Shown: piece after piece, positions 1 through 9,090 of the stretch
Layout of the letters: each line of letters opens with the position of its first letter
Position numbering within the stretch: position 1 is the stretch's first letter
Source of the DNA: Haloferax volcanii DS2
Lineage (GTDB): Archaea; Halobacteriota; Halobacteria; Halobacteriales; Haloferacaceae
Length of the DNA: 32,000 bases
Assembly: GCF_000025685.1 (NCBI RefSeq)
Contig: NC_013964.1
Span: forward strand, 390,001 to 422,000
Reading direction: 5' to 3'
Notes under the pieces: model-generated
Seen by the model: only the letters and a program-made list of their open reading frames with translations
The model's database searches: none
Told to the model about the DNA's origin: nothing
Position numbers and translations under genes: made by a program

Positions 1-365
1 ATCACCGACTGGAAGCCGGCGGTGAACACCGCGAAGAGGCCACGACAGGCGATTTGGAGCGGGACCGAGGCGGTCACGGTCAGCGGGGCGATGGCGAGCG
101 TCGAGAGGAACGCGGTCCCGATGAGTATCGCTCGCCGCCGACCCGTGATGTCGGCGATTGCGCCCCAGACCGGGGCGAACACGAACAGTCCGAAGGAGAA
201 CGCCGCGTACGCGAGGCTCACCGCGAACGGCGACCCCTGTTCTCCGATGTAGAGCGCCATCGCCGTGCCGAAGAGCGACCCACACGCGACGCGAGAGATA
301 CCGATGAGCGCGAGTGCGCTCCGCTGCCCTCGACTCGCTGGTCGAGCCTGCTGATTGACTACCAC
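1..365 (-). CDS. MFS transporter, N-terminal part (gene continues beyond window start)
   Basis: Minus-strand translation from GTG at 365 gives VVVNQQARPASRGQRSALALIGISRVACGSLFGTAMALYIGEQ...FAPVWGAIADITGRRRAILIG. The GxxxDxxGRR word is MFS motif A, flanked by hydrophobic TM segments. TTTATT (complement of 392-397) lies 32 nt upstream of the GTG, consistent with a leaderless start. It is absent from the ORF track because the window edge truncates it. Confidence 0.6.
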   Translation of the reverse strand, partial: MVVNQQARPASRGQRSALALIGISRVACGSLFGTAMALYIGEQGSPFAVSLAYAAFSFGLFVFAPVWGAIADITGRRRAILIGTAFLSTLAIAPLTVTASVPLQIACRGLFAVFTAGFQSV

Positions 366-455
366 TACGACTCGGTGTGACACTACCACCCAATAAAGAT
401 TGGCGAGCCGGAAGGCGATGCGCCGAGGACGGCGGCGCGAGACTCGATGCGACCG

Positions 456-1343
456 TCAGGTCGACGGGCCGGCGCGGGCGATGGAGAACTCCGTGAGTCC
501 GTGTCGCTCGGCGCACGTCCGGTCGCCGTCGGCGACGGCGAGAAGATACGCTTCGAGGTCGTCCGCGTCGGTCTCGCGGGCGTCGAGGTCGATATCGTCG
601 GGGACGGCCGCGAGCGTGTCCGCGTCGCCCGAGAGTTTCACCACCGGAACGATGGGATGGCCGGCGGGCGTCCCCTGTCCCGTGACGTGGAGGACGAGGT
701 GCGCGCCCGCGGCGGCGAGGCCGGTCGCGGCCTCCTCGACCCGAGAGGGCGCGTCGAGCAGCGTCACCGCGCCGGCGGCGGCATCGGCAGCGTCCGTTTC
801 ATCGACTCGTTGGCCGTACGCCGCGACTCCCGTGACCGGCGCGTTGCCGAGGAATCCCGTCGCCGCGTCGAATCCACGGGCCGCCGCCTCCGTTCCGATG
901 CGCGTCGCCCTCGCGGGGCGGCCCGCCGCGTCGAGCAGTCGGTCGGCGTGCCGTCTGGTCGAGTCCGCGAGGTCGTCGACGACGACGCCGACCGTGAGGT
1001 CACCGAGGGTCGCCGTCTGTTCGTCGGCTGTCGCGGTCGCCCCGTCCGTCCCCTGAGCGGCGGCCGACTCCCGGAGGTCGGCGACGGCGGCCGTGCCGCG
1101 GTCGACGCAAGCGTCGGTCCCCCCGGCGTCCTGTATCGTGAGTTCGCGGACTGGAAGCCCGCGTTCTTCGACCGCCGCGGCGACGACGTCGCTCCGGACC
1201 GTCTCGCAGCCGAGGCCGACGACGACCGTACCCGCGACGTTCGGGTTCCCGGCGAGGCCGACGAGCGTCCGTTCGGTCGGGTCGGCGGTGGCCCGCGAAC
1301 GAGTCTGGGGTGACTCGGCGGCGGTCCGGGTGTGGGTTCCGGG
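456..1343 (-). pseudogene. UxaA/GarD-family large-subunit-like paralog with no canonical start codon, in frame with the upstream SAF ORF across a TGA
   Basis: The frame is open from 1343 to 456. My codon-by-codon translation is PGTHTRTAAESPQTRSRATADPTERTLVGLAGNPNVAGTVVVGLGCETV...GAHLVLHVTGQGTPAGHPIVPVVKLSGDADT.... This aligns with the neighbouring 396-aa UxaA protein (ERVLVGVGRNPNVGAALVVEFG...; GAQIIVFTTGRGSTTGNPVAPVVKVTGNPRT). There is no ATG, GTG or TTG between 1343 and the GVT GTG at 767, which is where the track ORF 456..767 begins. The GVRNHV N-terminal block and the ECGGSD block are missing or degenerate. Confidence 0.5.
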
Positions 1344-1652
1344 TCATCGCTCCACCTCCGCCGCCACGTCGCCGCGGCCGCGGGTGCTCTCGCAATTGTG
1401 CGTGTGGACCCACTCACCGGCCGCGACAGCCGCCGTGGTCCGCCCGATGACCTCACCGTACTTGCGGACCGTCTCGCCGGCCGGCAGCGGGTCGAGGGCG
1501 AACTTGTGGCCGAACGGAACGTCGTCCGCGAGCGTCACCGTCCGGTCTCCGTCGCGGACCTCGCGCCCGTCGTCGAGGTCTCCGAGCGCCGTCGCCACGC
1601 TGTCGCCGTCGGCCAGCACGAGGGCGGCCCCGTCGAGGACGCGGCCCTTCAT
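1344..1652 (-). CDS. UxaA-family hydrolase small subunit (SAF/beta-clip domain)
   Basis: The 102-aa product MKGRVLDGAALVLADGDSVATALGDL...VPFGHKFALDPLPAGETVRKYGEVIGRTTAAVAAGEWVHTHN is the typical N-terminal SAF domain of altronate/galactarate dehydratases. Its ATG overlaps the stop of the upstream large subunit (ATGA at 1649-1652). Confidence 0.8.
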   Translation of the reverse strand: MKGRVLDGAALVLADGDSVATALGDLDDGREVRDGDRTVTLADDVPFGHKFALDPLPAGETVRKYGEVIGRTTAAVAAGEWVHTHNCESTRGRGDVAAEVER

Positions 1653-2839
1653 TTGCCCCGCACCTCCGCGAGTTCGCGCGGGTGGACCTCCGTGATGGCG
1701 AACTCCTCCATCCGGCGCGTCTCGGCCCCGGTTCGCTTCCCGTCGGCGACGGCGAGCACCTCGTCGAAGACGCGCTCGCCCGCCTCGGAAATCGTCGCGT
1801 CGCCCTCGACCACCGCCCCGGCGTTCACGTCCATGTTCGACCGCATGCGCTCCCACGTCCGGGGATTTCCCGTGACCTTCACCACGGGCGCGACGGGGTT
1901 GCCGGTGGTGCTCCCGCGCCCGGTGGTGAAGACGATAATCTGCGCGCCGCCGGCGACCTTGCCGACGACGCTCTCCACGTCGTAGCCCGGCGTGTCCATC
2001 AGGACGAGGCCGCCGCCGACCGGCAGGCGCTCGGCGTAGTCGACGATGCCGCGCACGGGGGTCGTCCCGCCCTTCGAGATGGCTCCGAGGCTCTTTTCCT
2101 CGATGGTCGTGAGGCCGCCCTCCTGATTGCCGGGCGAGGGCTGTGCGCCCCGGAGGTCGACCCCTATCAGGTCGGCGGTCGCCTCGCGGCGCTCGACGCG
2201 GTCGAGCAGTCGGCGGCGGGTCTCCTCGTCGACGCATCGCTCCGCGAGGACGTGTTCCGCGCCGATGAACTCCGGCGTCTCGCTGAACGAGGCGGTTCCC
2301 CCGGCCGCGACGAGACGGTCGCAGGCGTCGCCGACGGCGGGGTTGGCGGCGATGCCCGGGGTGGCGTCACTCCCGCCGCACTCGACGCCGACGACGAGTT
2401 CGCTCGCGTCGGCCGACTCGTGGCGGGCGTCCGCGGCCGCCTCGTTCAGCGAGTCGAGGGCGGTGCGCCCGCGCTGGAGGGCCGCGGCCATCCCGCCGAC
2501 CTCGCGGACCGAGAGCGTCTCGACCGGCTTGCCGTCTCGGGCGATTCGGTCCGCGAGGTCGGCGGCGTCGATGTCCTCGGTTCCGAACTCGACGACGAGC
2601 GCCGCGCCGACGTTCGGGTTGCGCCCGACGCCGACCAGCACCCGCTCGGTCTGCGCTCGCGCCTCGTCCGGTTGGTTCGCTCCCATCTGGTGCGGCGTCG
2701 CGCGCGCCCACGCCCCCGCCTCGGCCGCGATACCGCGGGCGACGCAGGACGACGCGACCGAGGTCGGAAGGACGGCGACGTGGTTTCTGACCCCGATGCG
2801 GCCGCTCTCCCGGCGGTAGCCGGTGAACTCTCGTCTCAT
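1649..2839 (-). CDS. UxaA-family hydrolase large subunit (altronate/galactarate dehydratase or sulfolactate sulfo-lyase beta-like)
   Basis: MRREFTGYRRESGRIGVRNHVAVLPTSV..., VGVECGGSDATPGIAANP, GNQEGGLTTIEEKSLGAISKGG and GAQIIVFTTGRGSTTGNPVAPVVKVTGN are characteristic UxaA/GarD C-terminal blocks. The track starts at TTG 2866. I prefer ATG 2839 because CGAAAC plus CTTTGT lie at about -29. Confidence 0.85.
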   Translation of the reverse strand: MRREFTGYRRESGRIGVRNHVAVLPTSVASSCVARGIAAEAGAWARATPHQMGANQPDEARAQTERVLVGVGRNPNVGAALVVEFGTEDIDAADLADRIARDGKPVETLSVREVGGMAAALQRGRTALDSLNEAAADARHESADASELVVGVECGGSDATPGIAANPAVGDACDRLVAAGGTASFSETPEFIGAEHVLAERCVDEETRRRLLDRVERREATADLIGVDLRGAQPSPGNQEGGLTTIEEKSLGAISKGGTTPVRGIVDYAERLPVGGGLVLMDTPGYDVESVVGKVAGGAQIIVFTTGRGSTTGNPVAPVVKVTGNPRTWERMRSNMDVNAGAVVEGDATISEAGERVFDEVLAVADGKRTGAETRRMEEFAITEVHPRELAEVRGK

Positions 2840-2916
2840 ACCACGCGATTCGGTAGCGCCCGACAAAGTGGTTTCGTCGGGTGCGGGCGGAACGCTCTTG
2901 CGGGCGGGTCGAGTGA

Positions 2917-3609
2917 GTGAGACGTATGCGAACCTACGAGGTCAGCCGCATCGACGCGGACAGGGTGGTCCCGCTGACCGGCGCGGTCGACGGGACGGTG
3001 TGGGAGCGGGCGAACGTCGCCCGACTGGACGAGTACGCGTGGGGCGACGAACCCGGCCCGGAGACGACGGTCAGGGCGCTGTTCGACGCGGAGGCGCTCT
3101 ACCTGCAGTTCCACGTCGAAGACGACGAGATAACCGCCGACGTGACGGAGTTGAACGGTCCGACGTTCGAGGACAGTTCGGTCGAACTGTTCGCCACGCC
3201 GTCCCCGCCCGACGACGGCTCGCCGGGGCGGTACTGCAACTTCGAGGCGAACTGCTGCGGCACGTTCAAACTCGCGTGGCAGGAGCCGAACTGGCGCGAG
3301 CGCGACATCGGCCGCGACCTCGTCTCGGCGACCGACGCGGCGGCCGTCGAGGTGGAAACGTCCGTCCCCGGCCCCACGAAAACCGCGTCCCCGGACGACG
3401 ACGCGTGGTGGCTCGCGGCGCGGCTCCCGCGATCGACGCTCCAGTCGTTGACCGGCCTCCCGCTCGAACTCGACTCGGAGACGGTCTGGCGCGGGAACTT
3501 CTACCGGAGCGGTCTGCCCGACGCGCAGAAGGGGACGTGGAACCGAATCGAACTGCCGGAGCCGACGTACCACTCGCCGGCGTACTTCGGGCGCATCGAG
3601 TTCGAGTGA
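2917..3609 (+). CDS. Carbohydrate-binding family 9-like (DOMON-like) protein, no signal peptide
   Basis: The pattern W.RA....L..........ETTVRALFDAEALYLQFHVEDDEI, then SVELF and a C-terminal WRGNFYR, is the CBM9-like signature. The start is GTG 2917 or, more likely, ATG 2926. Confidence 0.6.
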   Translation: MRRMRTYEVSRIDADRVVPLTGAVDGTVWERANVARLDEYAWGDEPGPETTVRALFDAEALYLQFHVEDDEITADVTELNGPTFEDSSVELFATPSPPDDGSPGRYCNFEANCCGTFKLAWQEPNWRERDIGRDLVSATDAAAVEVETSVPGPTKTASPDDDAWWLAARLPRSTLQSLTGLPLELDSETVWRGNFYRSGLPDAQKGTWNRIELPEPTYHSPAYFGRIEFE

Positions 3610-3702
3610 GCGGTCGCCTCGGGCGGGTGCCCCAGACGGTCGTGCCGAGCAAGCCGTGGTGGCACCGAAACGACTTTTCGCGCGGGAACTGAACGACAGC
3701 CC

Positions 3703-4356
3703 ATGCAGCAGCCGTCCGCGTTAGTCATCGGAGAGACGACCTTCTCGTTCCACGACTTCGAGGAGATGCGACCGCACATCGAGTCCGCCATCGGCGACGC
3801 CGCCGAGGTGACCGCGACGACCGACAAAGACGCCCTCGCCGACCTCGCGGGCTACGACCTCGTCGTGGACTACCTGACGGACGCCACCCTGACACCCGAG
3901 CAGTTAGACGGTCTCCTCAGTTTCGTCCGCGACGGCGGAGCCTATCTGGGTCTCCACTGCGCCGCCGACCTCATCAACGTCCACGACGGCGACGGCGGCC
4001 TCGACAAACGCGACGAGCCGTTTCCCGACCTCCGCGACCTCCTCGGCGGTCACTTCCTCACTCACCCCGAGCGCTCGACGTTCGGCGTCGAAATCGTCTC
4101 CGACCACGCCGTGACAGACGGCGTCGGCGGCTTCGAGGTGTTCGACGAGCCGTATCAGGTCGACGTGGACGACGATGTGACCGTGCTCGCGCGCATGGCC
4201 CACCCCGACCTCACCGACTACCCGGTCGCGTGGGTCCGCGAGTACGGTTCGGGCCGAGTCTGTTACGCGTCGCTCGGCCACACCGCCGAGGCCTTCGAGA
4301 ACGAGGACTACCGGCGACTGCTCCGCAACGCCGTCGGCTGGCTGGTCCGCGACTGA
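3703..4356 (+). CDS. ThuA domain-containing protein (trehalose-utilisation-like, class I glutamine amidotransferase-like fold)
   Basis: 217 aa with GGAYLGLHCAAD, GGHFLTHPE, FEVFDEPYQ and CYASLGHTAEAF blocks. CGAAAC-GA-CTTTTC lies at -37 to -24 from the ATG, consistent with a leaderless start. Confidence 0.75.
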   Translation: MQQPSALVIGETTFSFHDFEEMRPHIESAIGDAAEVTATTDKDALADLAGYDLVVDYLTDATLTPEQLDGLLSFVRDGGAYLGLHCAADLINVHDGDGGLDKRDEPFPDLRDLLGGHFLTHPERSTFGVEIVSDHAVTDGVGGFEVFDEPYQVDVDDDVTVLARMAHPDLTDYPVAWVREYGSGRVCYASLGHTAEAFENEDYRRLLRNAVGWLVRD

Positions 4357-4416
4357 GCGGAGCGCTCGCGCGTCACCGCGTGAACGTTTATCGCGGTCGG
4401 TTCCGAACGTCGGGGC

Positions 4417-4662
4417 ATGAACCTTCGAGCCGCCGACCTGACCGTGTTCGTGTTCGTCCTCGGCGTCATGCTCTCGGGAATGTGGCTAGCCCAGCAGTTC
4501 GGCATGGTGTGGTCGCCGACGCTGTTCGCCATCGTCGCCGTCGTAGCGGCCGTCTGGACGGCGTACTACCGGTTCGGGGTAGAACCGCGAATCGATGCGA
4601 GCAGAGGAGACGACGACGACAACCAGCAGGAACCCGGCGTCAGCGACGGCGCACAGGAGTGA
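4417..4662 (+). CDS. Small two-TM membrane protein with acidic tail, unknown function
   Basis: 81 aa with two hydrophobic helices (LTVFVFVLGVMLSGMWLA; LFAIVAVVAAVWTAYY) and a DDDDNQQE tail. GTTTATCG lies about 28 nt upstream of the ATG. Confidence 0.5.
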   Translation: MNLRAADLTVFVFVLGVMLSGMWLAQQFGMVWSPTLFAIVAVVAAVWTAYYRFGVEPRIDASRGDDDDNQQEPGVSDGAQE

Positions 4663-4718
4663 CCGACTAACCGCATCAGCCGGTGTCGGCGACCGACGCT
4701 CCGACTCGTCCCGCCGCG

Positions 4719-5801
4719 CTACCGCTCGCTGAAGTACGGAATAATCTCGTTTTCGTAGTGCCGCATCGTCTCCTCGTAGTCGCCGACGGGGATGAGAACG
4801 AGGTTGTCGACGCCCGCGTCGCGGAACGCCTCGATTCGCTCGATGACGCGCTCGGGGTCGCCGGCGACGCAGATATCGTCGACGGCCCCGTCCGGGATGC
4901 GCTCGGCCGCCGCCGACAACTGACGCTCCTGTTCCTCGTCGAACGCCATCTGCCACATGATGGGCGTCGACTCCGCGATGTCCTCGTAGCCCATGTCGGC
5001 GAGGAGCGGCGGTCGGAGCGCGAGGTTCACGCGGTTGCGCTCGATGCCGGCCGCGCGAGCCTCGTCGCCGTCCTCGGAGACCGTGGTCGGAACCATCACC
5101 GCGCGGTCGATGGCGTCGGGGTCGCGGCCTCGGTCCGCGGCCACGTCGAGGACTTTCCGAAGGTCGGCCGCGTACTCGTCGGGCGAGTAAATCCACGGGA
5201 ACCAGCCGTCGGCGACCGCGCCCGTCAGACCGCGCATGCTCTCGCCGTAACCGCCTATCCAGAGCGGCGGGCGCGGCTCCTGTGCGGGATTCAGCCCCAT
5301 GTGTGCCTCGTCGAGGTCGAAGTAGTCGCCCGCGAACGAGAACGGCTCGTCAGTCGTCGAGTTCCACAGGCCGTCGATGACGGCGACACACTCCCTGAAC
5401 CGGGTGTACGGGTCGTCCCAGTCGATGTCCGAAATCGGCGCGAAGTTGAACGCCTCGCCGGCCCCGATACCGAGACCGGCGCGGCCGTCCGTCATCCGGT
5501 CGAGCGTGGCCGTGACGTGCGCGAGTTCGGTCGGGTGGCGGCGCACCGAGTCCGCGACGCCGGGCATGAGGGTCACCTCCTCGGTGCGCTGGGCTATCGC
5601 CCCGAGGACGGAGAACGCCTCCCACGGCGGGTCCACCAGATACTCCTCGGAGCCGGTCGGGTGAAACAGGTGGTCCGGAACGGTGACGGTGTCGAACCCG
5701 GCCGTCTCGGCTCGGACCGCTCGCTCGATGGTTTTCTCGACGTTTCCGTAGCTGACAACTTGACAGCCGAGGCTCAAACCGCGGCTATTGGCGCTCGACA
5801 T
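4719..5801 (-). CDS. LLM-class (luciferase-like) flavin/F420-dependent oxidoreductase
   Basis: 360 aa. GFDTVTVPDHL, LGIGAGEAFNF, PPLWIGGYGESMRGLTG and DNLVLIPVG are typical of the bacterial luciferase-like TIM-barrel family. TATTTA lies at -31. Confidence 0.8.
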   Translation of the reverse strand: MSSANSRGLSLGCQVVSYGNVEKTIERAVRAETAGFDTVTVPDHLFHPTGSEEYLVDPPWEAFSVLGAIAQRTEEVTLMPGVADSVRRHPTELAHVTATLDRMTDGRAGLGIGAGEAFNFAPISDIDWDDPYTRFRECVAVIDGLWNSTTDEPFSFAGDYFDLDEAHMGLNPAQEPRPPLWIGGYGESMRGLTGAVADGWFPWIYSPDEYAADLRKVLDVAADRGRDPDAIDRAVMVPTTVSEDGDEARAAGIERNRVNLALRPPLLADMGYEDIAESTPIMWQMAFDEEQERQLSAAAERIPDGAVDDICVAGDPERVIERIEAFRDAGVDNLVLIPVGDYEETMRHYENEIIPYFSER

Positions 5802-5883
5802 CGCGTGTACCGACTGAACGGCGGGATAAATAGCTGCCCCCGAAAGCGGGGAAGTGACGTGTTCGGGGGGTCGAAACGCCGAC

Positions 5884-7317
5884 TTACGCCCGCAGGACCG
5901 ACGCGTCGAGGTCGTAGTCCGTGAAGTACTCCCGCTCTAGTTCGACGAGTTTCGCGAACAACTCCTGTGCCTCGTCGCGCGAGACGGTGACGAGCGGTTC
6001 GTTGAGGAACGCCTGAAACGCGAGGTCGAGGTCGCCCTCGAAGCCCGCGCGGACGAGCGTCTCCTGATTCGTGACGTGGGTTTGCACCATGCTCTCGACC
6101 TCGTCGGGCAGGCCGCCCGCACAGAGGGGCGTCACGTCGTCGCCGGAGAGGAGCGCGTTCGTCTCCACCACCGCGCCCTCGGGGAGACCGTCGACCTGCC
6201 CCTCGTTGGGGTAGTTGAGGTGCGTGACGAACGTCCCCTCGCCGGAGAGCGCCCGCATGATGTCGACCGCCTCCTCGCCGGACTCGCGGAACTCGAACGC
6301 CGCGTCGCCTTCGAGGTAGCGCTCCATCTCGTCCGGACCCTCGTCGTCGGAGACGCGGGCCGAACTCGGCGTGAGCCGGATGCCGTAGCGCTGGATTTCC
6401 GCCGGCTCGTCGATGCTCAGATACCACGGGACGAACTCCACGAGGTGACGGTCGCCCGCCGCGCCGAGGACGCCGAAGCGGTCGTAGAGGTCGAGCGCGA
6501 CTTCCTCGTTGTTCACCCAGTAGGACTCGGCGTCGAGGTCGCCCGACTCGCGGTCGAAAAGCGGCTTCCGGCGGTCGAGTTCCTCGTCGAGGTACTGGAA
6601 CACGTCGCGGTCGCGCCACCGCGCCTCGTCGACCCACGTGAAGTGGTTGACGCCCTTGACGTTCACTCGAACCTCGTCGCGGGCGACGTCCTCGGCCTCG
6701 TCGATGTAGCGCTCCGCCATGTCGGCAAACAGCTCCTGCGTCTTGAACACCTCGTGGCAGAGCCCGATGGCGTTGATGTCGGGGAACTCCTCGTAGAGCG
6801 CCCGCGTGCAGACCGTCATCGGGTTGGTGTAGTTGATAACCCACGCGTCCGGGCAGCGCTCGCGGACCGTCGCGGCGATGTCGCGGTACTGCGGAATCGC
6901 ACGCAGCGCCCGAATCGCCCCGCCGGGACCGACGGTGTCGGCGACCGTCTGATAGATGCCGTACTCCTGTGGCACGTCGATGTCGTGGACGAACGTCTCG
7001 CCCGGCGGGTCCTGAATCGAACAGATGACGAAGTCGGCCCCGTCGAGCGCCTTGTCCATGCTCCGGGTCGCCTCGAACGACCAGTCACCGGCCGCCTCCT
7101 CGCGGTCCATCACGCGGTTGCCGAGGAGGGCGTTCTTCGACGCCATCTCGTAGTTCACGTCGTACAGCGTGACGCTCCCCGCGAGGTCAGGACACTGCGC
7201 GAGGTCGTTGATGAGCGTGTGGGCCCACCCCTGACTCCCGCCGCCGATGTAGCCGATGTCGATGGTTCGGGACGAACCCGACGGTACAGGCTCCGCCTGC
7301 TCCGACAGCTGATACAT
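5884..7317 (-). CDS. Glycoside hydrolase family 4 (NAD+/Mn2+-dependent alpha-glucosidase/alpha-galactosidase/alpha-galacturonidase type)
   Basis: 477 aa. It has the N-terminal Rossmann IGYIGGGSQGWA, then VINYTNPMTVCT, the metal/catalytic GLCHEV, and VNHFTW. These are all GH4 signatures. Confidence 0.85.
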   Translation of the reverse strand: MYQLSEQAEPVPSGSSRTIDIGYIGGGSQGWAHTLINDLAQCPDLAGSVTLYDVNYEMASKNALLGNRVMDREEAAGDWSFEATRSMDKALDGADFVICSIQDPPGETFVHDIDVPQEYGIYQTVADTVGPGGAIRALRAIPQYRDIAATVRERCPDAWVINYTNPMTVCTRALYEEFPDINAIGLCHEVFKTQELFADMAERYIDEAEDVARDEVRVNVKGVNHFTWVDEARWRDRDVFQYLDEELDRRKPLFDRESGDLDAESYWVNNEEVALDLYDRFGVLGAAGDRHLVEFVPWYLSIDEPAEIQRYGIRLTPSSARVSDDEGPDEMERYLEGDAAFEFRESGEEAVDIMRALSGEGTFVTHLNYPNEGQVDGLPEGAVVETNALLSGDDVTPLCAGGLPDEVESMVQTHVTNQETLVRAGFEGDLDLAFQAFLNEPLVTVSRDEAQELFAKLVELEREYFTDYDLDASVLRA

Positions 7318-7380
7318 GTGATAACATATGACGAATCAGGGTCGCAAATAGCTGTCGTTTCGGGGGGTCCGGATGCTCCG

Positions 7381-7845
7381 TCACTCGGTCAGGATGGTGA
7401 CCGGTCCGTCGAAGTTGAGGACGACGCGCTGTGCGGTGTCCCCGAACAGCGCCTTTCCGGTCGGCGAGCGCTGTCGGCCGGCGACGTAGACGTGGTCACA
7501 ACCGCGCTCGGCGGCGACGCGAATCACCTCGTCCGCGAACTCGCCCTCCTCGGCCACGACGGTGACGGCGTCGTACTCGACGGTTCCGTCCACCGACTCG
7601 AACGCCTCGTCCGCTGCCTGCGACGCGAATCGGGTGGCGACCTCCCGCGCGGAGTTCGACTCCAGCGGCGTGTTGGCGGCGTCGCTCATCGCCTGCAACG
7701 TCTCGGCGTTCTCGACGATTTCGTCCTCGGTGATCCGCGTGAGGAGTACGAGCGGCGTGTCCGTGCCGGCCGCGATTTGCCCCGCCTCGGCGAGGAGGCG
7801 CTCGTTGGAGTCCGTACTGTCGACTACCACTAACGATGACTGCAT
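7381..7845 (-). CDS. Universal stress protein (UspA family)
   Basis: 154 aa. It begins VVVDSTDSNERLL and carries the C-terminal ATP-binding motif VAGRQRSPTGKALFGDTAQRVV. TTTTAT lies at -30. Confidence 0.85.
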   Translation of the reverse strand: MQSSLVVVDSTDSNERLLAEAGQIAAGTDTPLVLLTRITEDEIVENAETLQAMSDAANTPLESNSAREVATRFASQAADEAFESVDGTVEYDAVTVVAEEGEFADEVIRVAAERGCDHVYVAGRQRSPTGKALFGDTAQRVVLNFDGPVTILTE

Positions 7846-7953
7846 ACCGGTACCACGGTGCTTTGACGCATAAAACTATCCCGCGAGTCGGAACAGCGCG
7901 GGGTCGGTTCGGCGGCGCGGTGAGGAAGGAGACGAGCGGGCGAACGGCCCGAT

Positions 7954-9090
7954 TCAGTTGTCGGCGCGGTACCGCTCGACCGCGTCTTCGTCGATTTCGA
8001 CGCCCAGTCCGGGGGCCTGTGGCACGTCCACTTCGCCGCCGGTCGGGTCGAACGGCGACTTGAGAATCTCGTCGCGGAGCGGGTTCTCGCTCCGGTCGAA
8101 CTCGACCAGCATCGGGTCCGGGACGTGCCGCGTGTGCGGGTAGTCCGAGACCGAGGCCGCGAACTGGACCGCCGCGGCGAGGCCGACAGCGCTGTTCCAG
8201 ACGTGCGGCCGGACCGCCACGTTCTCCGTGCTGGCGAGGTCGGCGATGCGACTCGCCTCCGAGAGCCCGCCGCACCGACCGAGATTGGGCTGGGCCACGT
8301 CGACCGTCCGGTCGTCCACGAGACGCTTGAACTCGAAGCGGCCGTAGTGCGCCTCGCCGGCCGCCAGCGGCACGTCGACGCCGCGTTTGACCTCGCGGTA
8401 GCCCGAGAGGTTCTCCGGCGGGACCGGTTCTTCCATCCACGTGATGTCGAACTCCTCGATGGCCTTCGCGGTTCGGATCGCCTGTCGCGGCCGGTAGTTC
8501 CCGTTGATGTCGACCATCAGTCGCGCGTCGTCGCCGAGGAGTTGGCGGGCGGTTCGAACCCGCTCCACGTCGGAGTCCGTGCCGGTGCCGATTTTTATCT
8601 TGGCCGCCGAGAAGCCCTCGTCGACGGCGTCTCGAATCGGCGCGGCGATGTCGCGGTCCGCCTCGGTGAAGTACATCGTCGAGGCGTAGGCCGTGAGCGT
8701 CTCGCGGGGCGTCCCGCCGAGGAGCCGGTGGACGGGCTTGCCGGTCGCCTTGCCGACGAGGTCCCAGAGAGCCACGTCGATGCCGCTGAGGGCGCTCTGG
8801 ACGAAGACGCTCCCGCCGAAGTGGTACGGGTCGGTGTACGACTCCTCGGCGAGCCGTCGCACGTCGAAGGGGTCCATGCCGACCACGTCGTCGCGGAAGA
8901 ACTCGTCGACGACGGGCGCGATAACGCTTCCCGGGGCGAACGCCTCGCCCCAGCCGACCTCGCCGGTGTCGGTGTCGACGCGGATGAGCGTCGTCGCCCT
9001 GTCGTGGCCGAACCCGCGCGCGTCGCCGAGACCCTGCCCGTCGGGCAGGCGGTGCGATATCGGGATGACTTCGATGTCGGTTACGTGCAT
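7954..9090 (-). CDS. Enolase-superfamily enzyme, mandelate racemase subgroup (probable sugar-acid dehydratase)
   Basis: 378 aa from ATG 9090 (MHVTDIEVIPISH...). It has the KxK base AAKIKIG, metal ligands DINGNY, WMEEPV and AAGEAH, and RPHVWNS. TATAAT lies at -30 from 9090. The Arg-rich N-terminal extension of track ORF 7954..9477 is non-coding. Confidence 0.85.
   Translation of the reverse strand: MHVTDIEVIPISHRLPDGQGLGDARGFGHDRATTLIRVDTDTGEVGWGEAFAPGSVIAPVVDEFFRDDVVGMDPFDVRRLAEESYTDPYHFGGSVFVQSALSGIDVALWDLVGKATGKPVHRLLGGTPRETLTAYASTMYFTEADRDIAAPIRDAVDEGFSAAKIKIGTGTDSDVERVRTARQLLGDDARLMVDINGNYRPRQAIRTAKAIEEFDITWMEEPVPPENLSGYREVKRGVDVPLAAGEAHYGRFEFKRLVDDRTVDVAQPNLGRCGGLSEASRIADLASTENVAVRPHVWNSAVGLAAAVQFAASVSDYPHTRHVPDPMLVEFDRSENPLRDEILKSPFDPTGGEVDVPQAPGLGVEIDEDAVERYRADN

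Noticed and set aside
1344-1346. In-frame TGA between the SAF ORF and the UxaA-like paralog as a selenocysteine codon.
   Set aside because: Halobacteria are not known to have the Sec machinery. I see no SECIS-like structure. A Sec at a domain linker has no mechanistic rationale. Nonsense mutation or read-through are the simpler options.
6076-7833. Very long track ORFs with Arg/Gly/Pro/Asp/Val-rich translations. Examples are 6076..7833 +, 12786..14972 -, 18726..21875 + (1049 aa), 21818..23569 -, 28557..30239 -, 24850..26223 +, 7496..8440 - and 5774..6844 -.
   Set aside because: Each lies antisense to, or frame-shifted within, a gene that has clear family motifs and acidic haloarchaeal composition. 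Their basic, low-complexity composition is the usual signature of stop-codon-poor shadow frames in high-GC DNA.
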